A stretch of 64,000 nucleotides of DNA from Rickettsiales bacterium (lineage in GTDB: Bacteria > Pseudomonadota > Alphaproteobacteria > Rs-D84), in the NCBI GenBank assembly GCA_031288835.1, contig JAITQO010000007.1, forward strand, positions 6,417-70,416, written 5' to 3'. Of the stretch, positions 46,442 to 56,242 are shown piece after piece. The notes beneath the pieces are model-generated. The model saw only the letters and a program-made list of their open reading frames with translations, did not search any database and was not told where the DNA came from. A program made the position numbers and the translations under genes. Within the stretch, counting starts at the first letter, position 1, and each line of letters begins with the position of its first letter.

Positions 46442-48820
46442 TCACACGACAAAGTTCACCATTTTATTCGGAACATGAATCGCTTTCTTGACGCCGCCCG
46501 CGATGTATTTCGCCGCTGCACTCTTTGCCAGTGATTCAATTTTTTCCTTGGATTCATTGACATCGACGGAAATCTCGGCCCTTTTCTTCCCATTCACCGA
46601 CACGACTATCGTCATTTCCTTTTTCGCCAGTTTGGATTCGTTCGCAACCGGAAATGGCGCAAAAACCAGCATTTCCGAATGCCCGGTTTTTTCCCACATT
46701 TCTTCGGCCAGATGCGGCGCAAACGGATTCAGGCAATGAAGCAGCGTTTCATAGCACTCGCGTGGCATCACCCCGCCCGAAAACGCATTTATATATTCCA
46801 TCATCGCGGCAATCGCCGTATTGAACTGCATGTTCTCAATCCTCTCGCCCACATCCTTCGCCAACTGGTTGCGCAAACGGACATGCTCGGCCGTTTCCGA
46901 ATCGGACAGATTGTCCGCGAGGCTCTCGACGCGTTTCAAAAATCTTTGCGCGCCGAGCAACGCGCCATCGGACCAATTCACGTTGTCCGCCCACGGCCCC
47001 AGCGACAGAACCGTCATGCGCGCCGCGTCTGCGCCGACACGACCCACCATTTCCGACAATATAAATCCGTTGCCGCTGGACTTGGACATCTTTTTGCCAT
47101 CCGAACCCATCAGAAGGCCGTGCGTCACGCGGCGCCCGTACGGCTCCGACCCCGGTACCAATCCTAAATCGAATAAAGCCTTGTACCAGAAGCGGGAATA
47201 AATCATATGGCGGGTATTGTGCTCGTTTCCTCCGTCGTAATGGTTGACCGGCATCCAGTTCGCCATTTGTTCTTTGGAACAGAATGTCTTGTCGTTGTGC
47301 TGGTCCAGATAACGCAGGTAATACCAGCTACTGCCAGCCCATTGCGGCATTGTGTCGGTTTCCCGCCGCGCGGCGGCGCCGCATTTCGGACATTTCACAT
47401 GAATCCAGTCGGTCGCGCGTGCCAATGGGGATTCGCCGTCCTCCGTTGGGCGATAGTCCTCCATGAATGGCTGCATCAGCGGCAGTTCCGATTCCGGAAT
47501 CGGTTGCCAGCCGCATATCGGACAATATACCATCGGTATCGGCTCACCCCAATACATCTGACGCGAAAAAGCCCAGTCAATCATTCTATAGCGCGTCTGC
47601 GGGCGGGCGAAACCAGCGCCGATTTCAATCGCCTTTTTTATGGCGGCGTCCTTGTCCAAACCGTCTAGCGGGCCGGAATTGATATGCAATCCGTCCTGTT
47701 CCCACGGTTCTTTGTCCGTATCGCCGCCGGCTAGAACCGGAATTATCGGCAAATTGTATTTTTTCGCAAAATCCCAATCCCTCCGGTCATGCGCCGGAAC
47801 CGCCATAATCGCCCCCGTTCCATAGTTCGCCAGCACATAGTCGGCCGCGAAAATCGGGATTTCCGTGCCAGCGAAGGGATTCTTCGCCATAATGCCGTCA
47901 AGCCGCACGCCGGTTTTTTCCTTCGTGGCGTCGGTGCGGTCTATTTCCGATTTAGCTTTGGCCTCGGCGATATAGGCGCGGACTTCGTCCGCATTTCCAA
48001 CGCGACCATCTGTCAGCCATTTTTCAACCAGTTTGTGCTCGGGCGCGATGACGCAAAAGGTCGCGCCATATATCGTGTCCACACGCGTCGTGTAAACGGT
48101 CATCGTGTCTTCGCCGACCTGAAAGTCTATGTCGGCGCCAGTCGATTTTCCTATCCAGTTTATCTGCTCGGCCCTGACACGCTCGGGATAATCAACCAGC
48201 GCCAAATCGTCTATCAGACTATCGGCATATTTCGTGATACGAAGATTCCATTGCTCCTTCATTTTTTGTTCGACTGGGCCGTGGCAGCGCTCGCACTTGC
48301 CGTCTTCAAGCTCCTCGTTCGTGAGGGTCGTTTTGCAGTTCGGGCACCAGTTTATCGGCAGCTCGGATTTGTATGCCAGGCCCGCCTTGAAAAACTGGAT
48401 GAACATCCACTGCGTCCATTTGACGAAATCCGGGTCGCTTGTCGCGATATGAGATTCCGGGTCGATGGACCATCCGATTTCGTTCATGTTTTTGGTGAAT
48501 TTTTCTATCAGTTCGCGCACGGCGGCCGAAGGATGCTTGCCAATTTTCGTCGCATAGTGCTCGGCCGATATCCCGAGCGCGTCGAACCCTACCGGAAACA
48601 AGACGTCAAATCCCTTTTTGCGGCGGTATCTGGCCTGGACGTCCACACCGGTGAACATCAGCATATGCCCGCCATGGAGGCCGTCGCCGGAGGGAAACGG
48701 AAATTCCCCCAGACTGTAATACCGCGGCTTCGCGCCGTCGTTTCTGGGCGTCCAGCATTTCGCATCCGCCCATTTTTTCTGCCATTTCGCCTCGCGCTGT
48801 TTGATTTTGTCGTCGCTCAT
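46442..48820 (-). CDS. leuS: Leucine--tRNA ligase
   Basis: From ATG 48820: MSDDKIKQREAKWQKKW...FPFPSGDGLHGGH (HIGH-type) ...KMSKSSGN (KMSKS). CP1 editing domain present. Confidence 0.9.
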   Translation of the reverse strand: MSDDKIKQREAKWQKKWADAKCWTPRNDGAKPRYYSLGEFPFPSGDGLHGGHMLMFTGVDVQARYRRKKGFDVLFPVGFDALGISAEHYATKIGKHPSAAVRELIEKFTKNMNEIGWSIDPESHIATSDPDFVKWTQWMFIQFFKAGLAYKSELPINWCPNCKTTLTNEELEDGKCERCHGPVEQKMKEQWNLRITKYADSLIDDLALVDYPERVRAEQINWIGKSTGADIDFQVGEDTMTVYTTRVDTIYGATFCVIAPEHKLVEKWLTDGRVGNADEVRAYIAEAKAKSEIDRTDATKEKTGVRLDGIMAKNPFAGTEIPIFAADYVLANYGTGAIMAVPAHDRRDWDFAKKYNLPIIPVLAGGDTDKEPWEQDGLHINSGPLDGLDKDAAIKKAIEIGAGFARPQTRYRMIDWAFSRQMYWGEPIPMVYCPICGWQPIPESELPLMQPFMEDYRPTEDGESPLARATDWIHVKCPKCGAAARRETDTMPQWAGSSWYYLRYLDQHNDKTFCSKEQMANWMPVNHYDGGNEHNTRHMIYSRFWYKALFDLGLVPGSEPYGRRVTHGLLMGSDGKKMSKSSGNGFILSEMVGRVGADAARMTVLSLGPWADNVNWSDGALLGAQRFLKRVESLADNLSDSETAEHVRLRNQLAKDVGERIENMQFNTAIAAMMEYINAFSGGVMPRECYETLLHCLNPFAPHLAEEMWEKTGHSEMLVFAPFPVANESKLAKKEMTIVVSVNGKKRAEISVDVNESKEKIESLAKSAAAKYIAGGVKKAIHVPNKMVNFVV

Positions 48821-48906
48821 TTCATATGCCTTTTGATTTTTCGGTAAATTATAACAATAAACGGAATAACATTCAACTATGGCGCATTTTCTGATATAAT
48901 ATCTGT

Positions 48907-49959
48907 ATGACAAATAAAAAGACAAAAACAACCGTCAAAAAATCGAGGCTCCGGCTTTTCCTCGGCGCGGCCGTCACGGCACTGATTGGGTTGTATTTTC
49001 CAATTTTCAGATATTCCAACGATTCTCCGATGGCGTTGATTTATCGCAACGATGCAAAGACGCTTGATGTTCTGAATATTCGGAATATGAAAATAAAGAA
49101 TATTCTGGTGACGGATTCCGATATTTGGCTATACAGAACTCAATCCAATAAAAGCAACCCTTTCGACATGCTGATTGACACCGGCAATCAATTGATAAGA
49201 ATAAACGTGAAAAACGGGGACAAAAAAGTCCTCGCGCATTTGCCAGACGCGAAAGATGGAGACCGCATCGCATTGATGAAAAACGGAAACATAGCCAGGG
49301 CGGAGATGTATTTCTCGGACGAAAGAATGCGCGACTATCAGAATCCGCGGTTCAGAACGATGTTCCCGACAGAACAAGAATGGGCGGAACTTCGCGCCGC
49401 GAAAGGCACGTTTGTCACGAATTTCGGCACGCCGGTCGTATGCGTCGTATCCGAATCGGACGATGGAAAGAATTGGCGCGAGATAACGCGATACGCCAGC
49501 ACATCAGAGGCGTGCGATACGGTCGGATGCAACAGGATGGACATGGCCGTGGAGTTGGACGGCGACTTTTACAACCAGAAACATTATCTCAGAAAAAATA
49601 TAGAAAAATACGAGTATTGCTACAACGGTGACGGCAAAAAATGCCGGACATTCGACGGAGTAGATTACGGGGTTTTCCAATATGGTTTTTTCGTGATGCG
49701 CAGTAACGACAGATACGCATTCGTATTCAACGGCACGGAAGGAGACAGCGATATGTTCGTCGTGAACAAAAAAACCGGCGCGGTTCATCAATTAAAGGCC
49801 GACTGGCGGTACGGCGGCATTTCATTCGACGCGCACGGAGATTTTCTTTTTTGGGCGGACAAGCAGAACAATAAGTTAGAGATATGGGATATGAAAGACT
49901 GGAAGCAAATAAAGACAGTCGAAAATGTCCAGAACTTCGTAATAATCGGCGGCCGCTAA
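48907..49959 (+). CDS. Hypothetical membrane-anchored protein (350 aa)
   Basis: Basic N-terminus plus one TM (LFLGAAVTALIGLYF), then a beta-rich extracytoplasmic body. I recognise no family. Confidence 0.5.
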   Translation: MTNKKTKTTVKKSRLRLFLGAAVTALIGLYFPIFRYSNDSPMALIYRNDAKTLDVLNIRNMKIKNILVTDSDIWLYRTQSNKSNPFDMLIDTGNQLIRINVKNGDKKVLAHLPDAKDGDRIALMKNGNIARAEMYFSDERMRDYQNPRFRTMFPTEQEWAELRAAKGTFVTNFGTPVVCVVSESDDGKNWREITRYASTSEACDTVGCNRMDMAVELDGDFYNQKHYLRKNIEKYEYCYNGDGKKCRTFDGVDYGVFQYGFFVMRSNDRYAFVFNGTEGDSDMFVVNKKTGAVHQLKADWRYGGISFDAHGDFLFWADKQNNKLEIWDMKDWKQIKTVENVQNFVIIGGR

Positions 49960-49966
49960 ACCTTTA

Positions 49967-50167
49967 TCAAATCTTGTTTTTCAAGACGAATGTCCGTATC
50001 GAGGACGACAGGTTTTGGCCCGGTTCCCGATTCTCGTCAATCTCGCGTACAAGCGCGGCCAATGTTTTTTTCCGCATTCTTGCGATGAACTTCAATTCGT
50101 CTATGAACTCCTGCTCGACCGAGAACGAGGTCAGATGCTTGGAAATAGAAACGCTGATTTTTTTCAT
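49967..50167 (-). CDS. Ribbon-helix-helix protein, RHH_4-like
   Basis: KKISVSISKHLTSFSVEQEFIDELKFIARMRKKTLAALVREIDENREPGQNLSSSIRTFVL fits the alphaproteobacterial RHH_4 pattern (...TS-x-SLE-x-x-F...L-x-x-L-x-x-EID...NLSSAIR-x-FVL). Confidence 0.55.
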   Translation of the reverse strand: MKKISVSISKHLTSFSVEQEFIDELKFIARMRKKTLAALVREIDENREPGQNLSSSIRTFVLKNKI

Positions 50168-50499
50168 AACTCGAACTCTTCGCCACGAACGCAGAATGTC
50201 TCCATTCCCCCGTGCTTTTCAGATATTTCTCTCATCGTCCGCTCAGAGCACGACTGTTTAACAGCAAAATCGTCAGAGCAAATATATTCCGGCGATGCCG
50301 CCCCGACAAAATTCCGAACTTCCAACTCTTTGTCTATCGACCCATTGGGGTTATATAGCAGGTATGTTTTGGCGACACCATACTCTTGCCGCCCAGTTTC
50401 TCTATACTGGCAATCGGTTCTGACGGCGATTCTAATCTTAGCTTCCTCGCTTGCGGAACAAGCAGTCAAAACAACCAGCGCATGCAGACATTTTTTCAT
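50164..50499 (-). CDS. Small lipoprotein (111 aa)
   Basis: Lipobox VLTAC in MKKCLHALVVLTACSAS. ATGA overlap with the RHH gene start. Confidence 0.55.
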   Translation of the reverse strand: MKKCLHALVVLTACSASEEAKIRIAVRTDCQYRETGRQEYGVAKTYLLYNPNGSIDKELEVRNFVGAASPEYICSDDFAVKQSCSERTMREISEKHGGMETFCVRGEEFEL

Positions 50500-50517
50500 C
50501 CCTATTTCTTTCCTCCA

Positions 50518-50952
50518 TCAAATTTTTCCCACCAACAGACAGTCTGCCAAAGCCGCGCCGAAATCGTTATATTTCCTCAATATCTGTAATGTCAATACAT
50601 CGTGCATATACAATATTCTGCCAATGTCGCATGAAAACAAATATAATTGATTCCGCCCCCACGCCGTCTTGCCGCGCAAAGCGGCGATGTGCGACAAATC
50701 GCGGTTGATTTTGACAACCCCAGGAATCACGTAATTCCGATTCGGACGGTCTGTGTCCTCAAGCGGAAAAATGCACGCGTCGCCCAGAACCGCGCCGCCA
50801 TGCGCCAGATAAAAGTCCGACAAGACACCTGGCAAAACCGCCGCCCTCATATTCTGAAGTGCGGCGTTCGCCAGTTCCAAGGCGCGCCGGCTGCCACCTG
50901 GGAGAAAAAGCGCACCGGATTCCGAAAGATACTTTATTTTTTCATCCATCAT
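50518..50952 (-). CDS. SUKH/SMI1-KNR4-like small cytosolic protein (144 aa)
   Basis: ATG 50952 overlaps the upstream stop (ATGA). ...LPGVLSDFYLAHGGAVLGDACIFPLED... resembles the SUKH core (LP-x-x-h-x-x-F-h-x-x-x-N/G-G...). The assignment is tentative. Confidence 0.35.
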   Translation of the reverse strand: MMDEKIKYLSESGALFLPGGSRRALELANAALQNMRAAVLPGVLSDFYLAHGGAVLGDACIFPLEDTDRPNRNYVIPGVVKINRDLSHIAALRGKTAWGRNQLYLFSCDIGRILYMHDVLTLQILRKYNDFGAALADCLLVGKI

Positions 50953-51452
50953 TCGCGCCCCTGGTTCGCATGCGCGGCAAATCCCTGCGACAGACGGTCC
51001 GCCGTCGCGTTTCCTCCGTCCCCGCCGGAAAGCATCTGGACGGACACATACACCTTCTTTGCCGGATTCGGATAAAAACATTGCCCCTGGCCGAATTGCT
51101 CGGACATGAAAATATCAAGATTGAATCCTGCCGGAAAAAGCGGCATTAAAAACATATTTTCCGGATGAATGCTGCCGCCGTATAAAATCGGACGGCGAAA
51201 CTTGACTGTCAGATTCTCAGGAATCCTTTGTCCCGAGAGCAGACTCATAAAATCTTCCCTGGACAGATTCAGAAGCGCCAGTTCCTGGACTGATTCGCTG
51301 AGCGAGCCCATAAAATCCATTCTCGCGGCTCGAAATCTCGCAAACCAGTCGCCCGGCAGCGGAGCTGGAACGGCCGGACAAGCCTCCAGCGGCAAATCAT
51401 CCATCAAAAACTGGGCGAGCCGCACTTCGGCGTCGCGCTTCGTATTAAACAT
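50949..51452 (-). CDS. Hypothetical protein (167 aa)
   Basis: ATG 51452 overlaps the upstream stop by 8 nt. I recognise no family. The stretch FRRPILYGGSIHPENMFLMP is vaguely HNH-shaped but lacks the catalytic His pattern. Confidence 0.4.
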   Translation of the reverse strand: MFNTKRDAEVRLAQFLMDDLPLEACPAVPAPLPGDWFARFRAARMDFMGSLSESVQELALLNLSREDFMSLLSGQRIPENLTVKFRRPILYGGSIHPENMFLMPLFPAGFNLDIFMSEQFGQGQCFYPNPAKKVYVSVQMLSGGDGGNATADRLSQGFAAHANQGRE

Positions 51453-52386
51453 TTTTGTTAAAATATCCGAGCACGTTGTCCACGAAATCCGAAAACGCGC
51501 CGAAATCTTCTTTTTCCGCATCATCCAAACGGCGCGGCCTGTATTCTTCCAAGAAATCCGCAAATATATTCATATCGTCAAACACTTTCACTCCCAGTGC
51601 ATCCCAGATGTTTTGGACAGAATCGCGGTTCGAGATTCTGCCGTCGGAAAAGACAAACGGAAGAATGCTCACCTTCAGTTCCGGATCCAGCACTTCCAGA
51701 AACAACGCCGAAAGTTTCTGGACAATCGTCGTAATCTGCCAAGCGGGTGACTTGAACGTCTGGTTGTTCGCGCGCCATAACGAATCACCGCCCTCGGATG
51801 CGACTATCTCCCCCCTCTCGCCGCAAAGCAATCCGACAACCAAAGCCTCGTCCGTTCCTATCGCAAGAAAATCCGGTTTGACGCCGCCGATAGAGGGCGA
51901 TTCTTTGACCACAAAACCTATCCTCGACAGCATGCTTTTTATGTTTTCGGCCGTCTCGGATACCTGAACAACCCTAGCAGGAACTTCTCTCTTGATAATT
52001 TCGTCATGTTTTGTCGGAATGAAGATATTGTTCAGGTTCAGCTTCGGAGGTCTTTCTGGGAGTTGGATTCTTCCTGCTGTCTCAGCCGGCTTATCCGTGG
52101 TCGCGGTTGCCGAAACAGGCGCGTAAACAGACGGCATCATTGTGATTTTTCTGTGCCACGGGACAATCAGCATATACAGGCCGGCCAGCCCGACTACGAC
52201 AAACGATACGGCGGAAATGTAAAAACCAACAGCCACCCCGCCCGCAACCTGCAATTCCGCCAAATAACGCCAATGCGTCGCGGAAAACAGATTAAAGCCG
52301 AATATCGTGTTGAAAAACCACAACGCCGCTATAACAGCCGCATTCGCCCATAGAACGGAAATCAAAAACCTTTCGCGCTTTCTCAT
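51445..52386 (-). CDS. Membrane-anchored protein with a degenerate NERD-like C-terminal domain
   Basis: ATG 52386. Two N-terminal TMs. The C-terminal segment ...GGVKPDFLAIGTDEALVVGLLCGERGEIVASEGGDSLWRANNQTFKSPAWQ follows the NERD topology (D-x-h-h-h...h-h-h-E-x-K...G-x-I...W...P-x-x-Q) but lacks the E-x-K. Confidence 0.4.
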   Translation of the reverse strand: MRKRERFLISVLWANAAVIAALWFFNTIFGFNLFSATHWRYLAELQVAGGVAVGFYISAVSFVVVGLAGLYMLIVPWHRKITMMPSVYAPVSATATTDKPAETAGRIQLPERPPKLNLNNIFIPTKHDEIIKREVPARVVQVSETAENIKSMLSRIGFVVKESPSIGGVKPDFLAIGTDEALVVGLLCGERGEIVASEGGDSLWRANNQTFKSPAWQITTIVQKLSALFLEVLDPELKVSILPFVFSDGRISNRDSVQNIWDALGVKVFDDMNIFADFLEEYRPRRLDDAEKEDFGAFSDFVDNVLGYFNKNV

Positions 52387-52425
52387 CTGCTTGATTATAC
52401 CACAAAAGTGATATAATGCGAAACC

Positions 52426-53034
52426 ATGATGGAAAAATCTGCGATTTTGGAAAAAATAAAGCCGCACCTGTGCCTATGCGAATGGGGTGACGCCGACACC
52501 GAAGACATTCTGCACGACATCATGATTGCGGTGGAAAACAAGCTGCCCGCAATCAGCGTCCTACCTGCTGTGCTGCCGGTCATGAGCAGCTTGGCGGACA
52601 CGAATACCCGGGTGCTGGCATTCACGGACAAACCGGACATGCTGCCCTCATTGTCGGAAAAAAAGATTACAGCCCAACTATTCGTGTCAAAACCGAACAC
52701 GGGCGCCGACACCGGTGCCATACTGTCTTTCACTTTGAAAGACATAAGTCACTTGGATTTGGAACAAATCATATCTTGCGGACACAGCATGCGCGGTTTC
52801 TTATTCATCGATGAAAAAGGAAGGTTTCTGCACAAGTTTTACGACTTTCTGAACCTTGCCGAAACATCCTTCGCGGGCGAACTCCACTACTGCGCCGGAA
52901 CGAATGATATTGAAATACTGGAAAACGCGCGAAGACTTGTGGAAAAAGTCCGCCCGGATTTGCTGCCGAATCTGCATTTGTTCGTCACCGCCGATTTCTT
53001 CAAGAATCTTGACAATGGCAGAAAATCCATATAG
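52426..53034 (+). CDS. Hypothetical protein (202 aa)
   Basis: ATG after the promoter-like TTGATT-N15-TGATATAAT (52391-52417). I recognise no family with confidence. Confidence 0.45.
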   Translation: MMEKSAILEKIKPHLCLCEWGDADTEDILHDIMIAVENKLPAISVLPAVLPVMSSLADTNTRVLAFTDKPDMLPSLSEKKITAQLFVSKPNTGADTGAILSFTLKDISHLDLEQIISCGHSMRGFLFIDEKGRFLHKFYDFLNLAETSFAGELHYCAGTNDIEILENARRLVEKVRPDLLPNLHLFVTADFFKNLDNGRKSI

Positions 53035-53063
53035 AATTGGCACAATAATAAAAAGGTTGTAAA

Positions 53064-53327
53064 TTGGCAAATCATAAATCGTCGAAAAAACGGATTCTGG
53101 TAACCGAGAAAAGGCGCAAGGTGAATATTGTGCGCAAGAACGCCACGCGCACCGAGGTGAAAAAGGCCGCGAATGCAATCGCAAGCGGAGACAAAGCCGC
53201 GGCCATGGAAGCCGTGAAAAAAGCCGAAAGCAGACTGATGAAAGCGGCGAAGAAAGTCATGCCGAAAAAGCGCGCCAGCCGCAAGGTTTCCCGTTTGGTC
53301 AAGGCGGCGAACAAAATAAGCAAATAA
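53064..53327 (+). CDS. rpsT: 30S ribosomal protein bS20 (TTG start)
   Basis: (M)ANHKSSKKRILVTEKRRKVNIVRKNATRTEVKK... is the typical bS20. The start codon at 53064 is TTG, after AAAAGG. Confidence 0.9.
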   Translation: MANHKSSKKRILVTEKRRKVNIVRKNATRTEVKKAANAIASGDKAAAMEAVKKAESRLMKAAKKVMPKKRASRKVSRLVKAANKISK

Positions 53328-53470
53328 AATAATCTGAGATAAATCAAAAAACCGACCGCACATGCATCATGGCAGTATAATTCCGGGGCGGTTTTTAAAA
53401 CCTGATAACGGAACACACATTACCGATTAAATCATATAACTTTTACACAAGGGATTTTTTCATGCCTCAG

Positions 53471-55228
53471 CTAGGCTATGAATCCGTCGCTTTGGATTTT
53501 CCACAGCCGCGCGTATTCGTCGCCTTTTTTCAGCAATTCGGCATGCGTTCCGATTTCATATATCCTGCCGTCGCGAAAGACGACTATTCTATTCATATGA
53601 CGCAATGTCGACAGCCTGTGAGCTATCACCATCGTCGTTCTTTCTTTGCTTGCCATGTCGAAAGACTTCTGAACGACCGCCTCGGTCTCGGAATCCAGCG
53701 AGCTTGTCGCCTCGTCCATAATCAGAATCGGGGCGTTTTTCAGAATCGCGCGCGCGATGGCGATTCTCTGCCTTTGCCCGCCGGACAATTTTATCCCTCG
53801 GTCGCCTACAAGAGAATTATATTTCTTGGGCGTTCGCATTATAAAATCGTGGGCATCCGCCTTTTTCGCGGCGTCTGTTATTTCCGCCATTACCGCGTTG
53901 TCTTTTCCATACGCGATATTATCTTTCAGCGACCGATGAAACAACACCGCATCCTGCGGAATGAAAGAAATCTGCCTGCGCAGGGATTCCTGAGTGACAT
54001 GGCGGATATCCTGCCTATCGATTTCGATTCTCCCGCTTTGCGGCTCATACAGTCGCATTAAAAGACTTGCGAGGGTCGTCTTTCCGCCGCCTGACAATCC
54101 GACCAGACCGACGTGCTCGCCAGGCTTTATATCTAATGAAAAGTTTTTCAGAACGTCATCATTACCGTAATTAAATGACACGTTCTTTATTTTTATTTCA
54201 CCTTTTTTGACAATCAAATCGGGCGCGTTTTCGTCATCCTTGATTTCAACCGGCGCCATTAATCTGTTATACGCCTCGCTGGCCGCCGCATAGGCGTCCA
54301 ATACATCCTGGGATTTCCAAAATAACTGATTGATATTTTCGTTTATCACATCCAAGGATGAAACAGCAAATGCAATGTCGCTAATCCTGATTTCACCGAG
54401 GACGAACAGATACGCGCACAACAAAAATGCAGAATACAAAACTATCGTTTCAACGAATCGCGGAATCGCCCAAGATAAATTATTCCACTTGCTTTCCTTC
54501 ATCTGCTTTTCAATCAATTTTTCGCGCTCCGGCGCGGCGGCTGCAATTTCTTTCCTTTTCCCCGCAAATAATTTCACAATTGAAAAATTGGAAAGAGAAT
54601 CCAGCAGCTTACCCGCCAAAATCGAACTTTGGCGCGAAGTTTCCTTGGATGCCCGAAATTGCGGCCTTAAAATCGCAATAGACCATATCATCCGCAAAAC
54701 CGTTCCGATTATAACCAATATTGCGACACGGCTGTCAATCGCAAAAATTAGTCCGAAACTCGCCAGCATTCCCAATAGAAAACCCAAAAAATCTCCAAAA
54801 AATTCAATAAATATTTTGACTAGACCGCCCGAAATCGTCCCGATTTGACTCGCAACAGTTCCGGGCATTCTGTCAGAATAATAATGAAACGACTGGCCAT
54901 AGACATAATCGTGCAAATCCGCAGATATATTTTGCGTAGATTTGCCTTTAACGTAATCATACAAATATTCCTGCACGAACACCACGGCACGCAATCCGAT
55001 GCTTATCAAAAACAAAAGAACGGCAAGACTCAGACTGCGCGAAAAAATATCCGGCCCGCCGGTTTCGAAAATGCGAATGAAATATTTCATGCTCATTGGC
55101 CCTATCAAATCCAGTCCGGCCTGCGTTATAACGCAAAGAATCGCGCATATTATAAAAAGCCATCCGCAGAACCTCGCGAAAAAGTTCCTGCGGTAATATC
55201 CGAGCAATGTTTCGGGATGCCCTTTCAT
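53471..55228 (-). CDS. ABC exporter, fused permease/ATPase (MsbA-like family)
   Basis: Six-TM N-half. Walker A GLSGGGKTT, signature LSGGQRQR, Walker B ILIMDEATSSLD. Confidence 0.85.
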   Translation of the reverse strand: MKGHPETLLGYYRRNFFARFCGWLFIICAILCVITQAGLDLIGPMSMKYFIRIFETGGPDIFSRSLSLAVLLFLISIGLRAVVFVQEYLYDYVKGKSTQNISADLHDYVYGQSFHYYSDRMPGTVASQIGTISGGLVKIFIEFFGDFLGFLLGMLASFGLIFAIDSRVAILVIIGTVLRMIWSIAILRPQFRASKETSRQSSILAGKLLDSLSNFSIVKLFAGKRKEIAAAAPEREKLIEKQMKESKWNNLSWAIPRFVETIVLYSAFLLCAYLFVLGEIRISDIAFAVSSLDVINENINQLFWKSQDVLDAYAAASEAYNRLMAPVEIKDDENAPDLIVKKGEIKIKNVSFNYGNDDVLKNFSLDIKPGEHVGLVGLSGGGKTTLASLLMRLYEPQSGRIEIDRQDIRHVTQESLRRQISFIPQDAVLFHRSLKDNIAYGKDNAVMAEITDAAKKADAHDFIMRTPKKYNSLVGDRGIKLSGGQRQRIAIARAILKNAPILIMDEATSSLDSETEAVVQKSFDMASKERTTMVIAHRLSTLRHMNRIVVFRDGRIYEIGTHAELLKKGDEYARLWKIQSDGFIA

Positions 55229-56235
55229 TTCAATTGCTTCTTCGGGTCGTATGATTTTGCCCCCTTCCGAATCTCGAAATGCAATTGCGGCTCGGACACT
55301 TTGCCCGTCTGCCCGACCGTCCCGACCTTCTGGCCGACGGAAACCTTGTCCCCGCGGCGGACGATGAAATTATCCAAATGCGCATATACCGTCATCCATC
55401 CGCCCGTATGCTGTATAATCAAAAGATTCCCCATACCCTTCAATTCGTTGCCGGCATAGGCGACAACGCCGTTGTCCGCGGACGAAACCGTCGTGCCGAG
55501 CGCCGCGCCTATATTTATGCCCTCGTTCGTTAGGCCATTCCGCTTCGGGCCAAAATCGGAAATAATCTTGCCTCGTGCTGGCCATGCGAATTTGCTCCCC
55601 GAACGCGGGCTGAGTTTTGGCAGTCTTATCGCCGAATTGGATGTTATAATCGGGGTGCTTTCTGCGACTTTCGGCGCGGCGGCCTGAGACATTTCCGTCT
55701 TTGTTATTTCCGTTTTTGTCGTTATGATTTCCGCGGTTTCGACTTTCAGCCGCTGTCCGGCTTTCAGTTGATACGGTTCGGACAGGCCGTTCAGAACCGC
55801 AAGACGCGCAATGGGCATATTGTATTTCTTCGCAATGGAATACGCCGTGTCGCCCTTTTCTACGTCTATTTCCCTGGCGCTTAATACGAACGATTTCTTT
55901 TCCGCAACGACCAGCGTCCCATAGTCTTTCGACACGTCGGAAATCGTCTGTGTTTGCGTCGGCATGACATAATCGTCGGAATCCGCATACGATACATAGT
56001 CGGATATCCTGCCGTATTCGACATCCTCGGTTCCGTACATATCCGCCGTATTGCTGTTTCCATAATCCAAAACCGACGCATATTCGTATATCTCCGTATC
56101 CGGGTCGGCCAACAGCGCTGGATAGCGCGACGCGATGAAATCCCCTATGTTGCCTGGCATGTCGACAATCTTCTGCCGCAAATCGCATGCGGAAAGAGAC
56201 AAGAGACAAGGAACGAGAACCAGGTATTTTTTCAC
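55225..56235 (-). CDS. LysM-domain M23 peptidase lipoprotein (NlpD-like)
   Basis: GTG start. Lipobox LSLSAC. LysM segment (VEKGDTAYSIAKKYNMPIARLAVLNGL). M23 domain (GINIGAALGTTV...HLDNFIVRRGDKV...PQLHFEIR). Confidence 0.8.
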   Translation of the reverse strand: MKKYLVLVPCLLSLSACDLRQKIVDMPGNIGDFIASRYPALLADPDTEIYEYASVLDYGNSNTADMYGTEDVEYGRISDYVSYADSDDYVMPTQTQTISDVSKDYGTLVVAEKKSFVLSAREIDVEKGDTAYSIAKKYNMPIARLAVLNGLSEPYQLKAGQRLKVETAEIITTKTEITKTEMSQAAAPKVAESTPIITSNSAIRLPKLSPRSGSKFAWPARGKIISDFGPKRNGLTNEGINIGAALGTTVSSADNGVVAYAGNELKGMGNLLIIQHTGGWMTVYAHLDNFIVRRGDKVSVGQKVGTVGQTGKVSEPQLHFEIRKGAKSYDPKKQLK

Positions 56236-56242
56236 GCAATAA

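Noticed and set aside
47789-48847. A 352 aa plus-strand ORF, plus several 60-160 aa ORFs, inside 46.4-48.9 kb
   Set aside because: All lie antisense or out of frame within leuS, whose HIGH and KMSKS motifs are intact. Their composition is R/P/H-rich and not protein-like.
53345-53450. A second sRNA downstream of the TTGTGTAAAA copy at 53441-53450 (minus strand)
   Set aside because: The hairpin it would end in (about 53345-53395) is the bidirectional terminator shared by the convergent rpsT gene and the ABC exporter operon. No separate transcript needs to be invoked.
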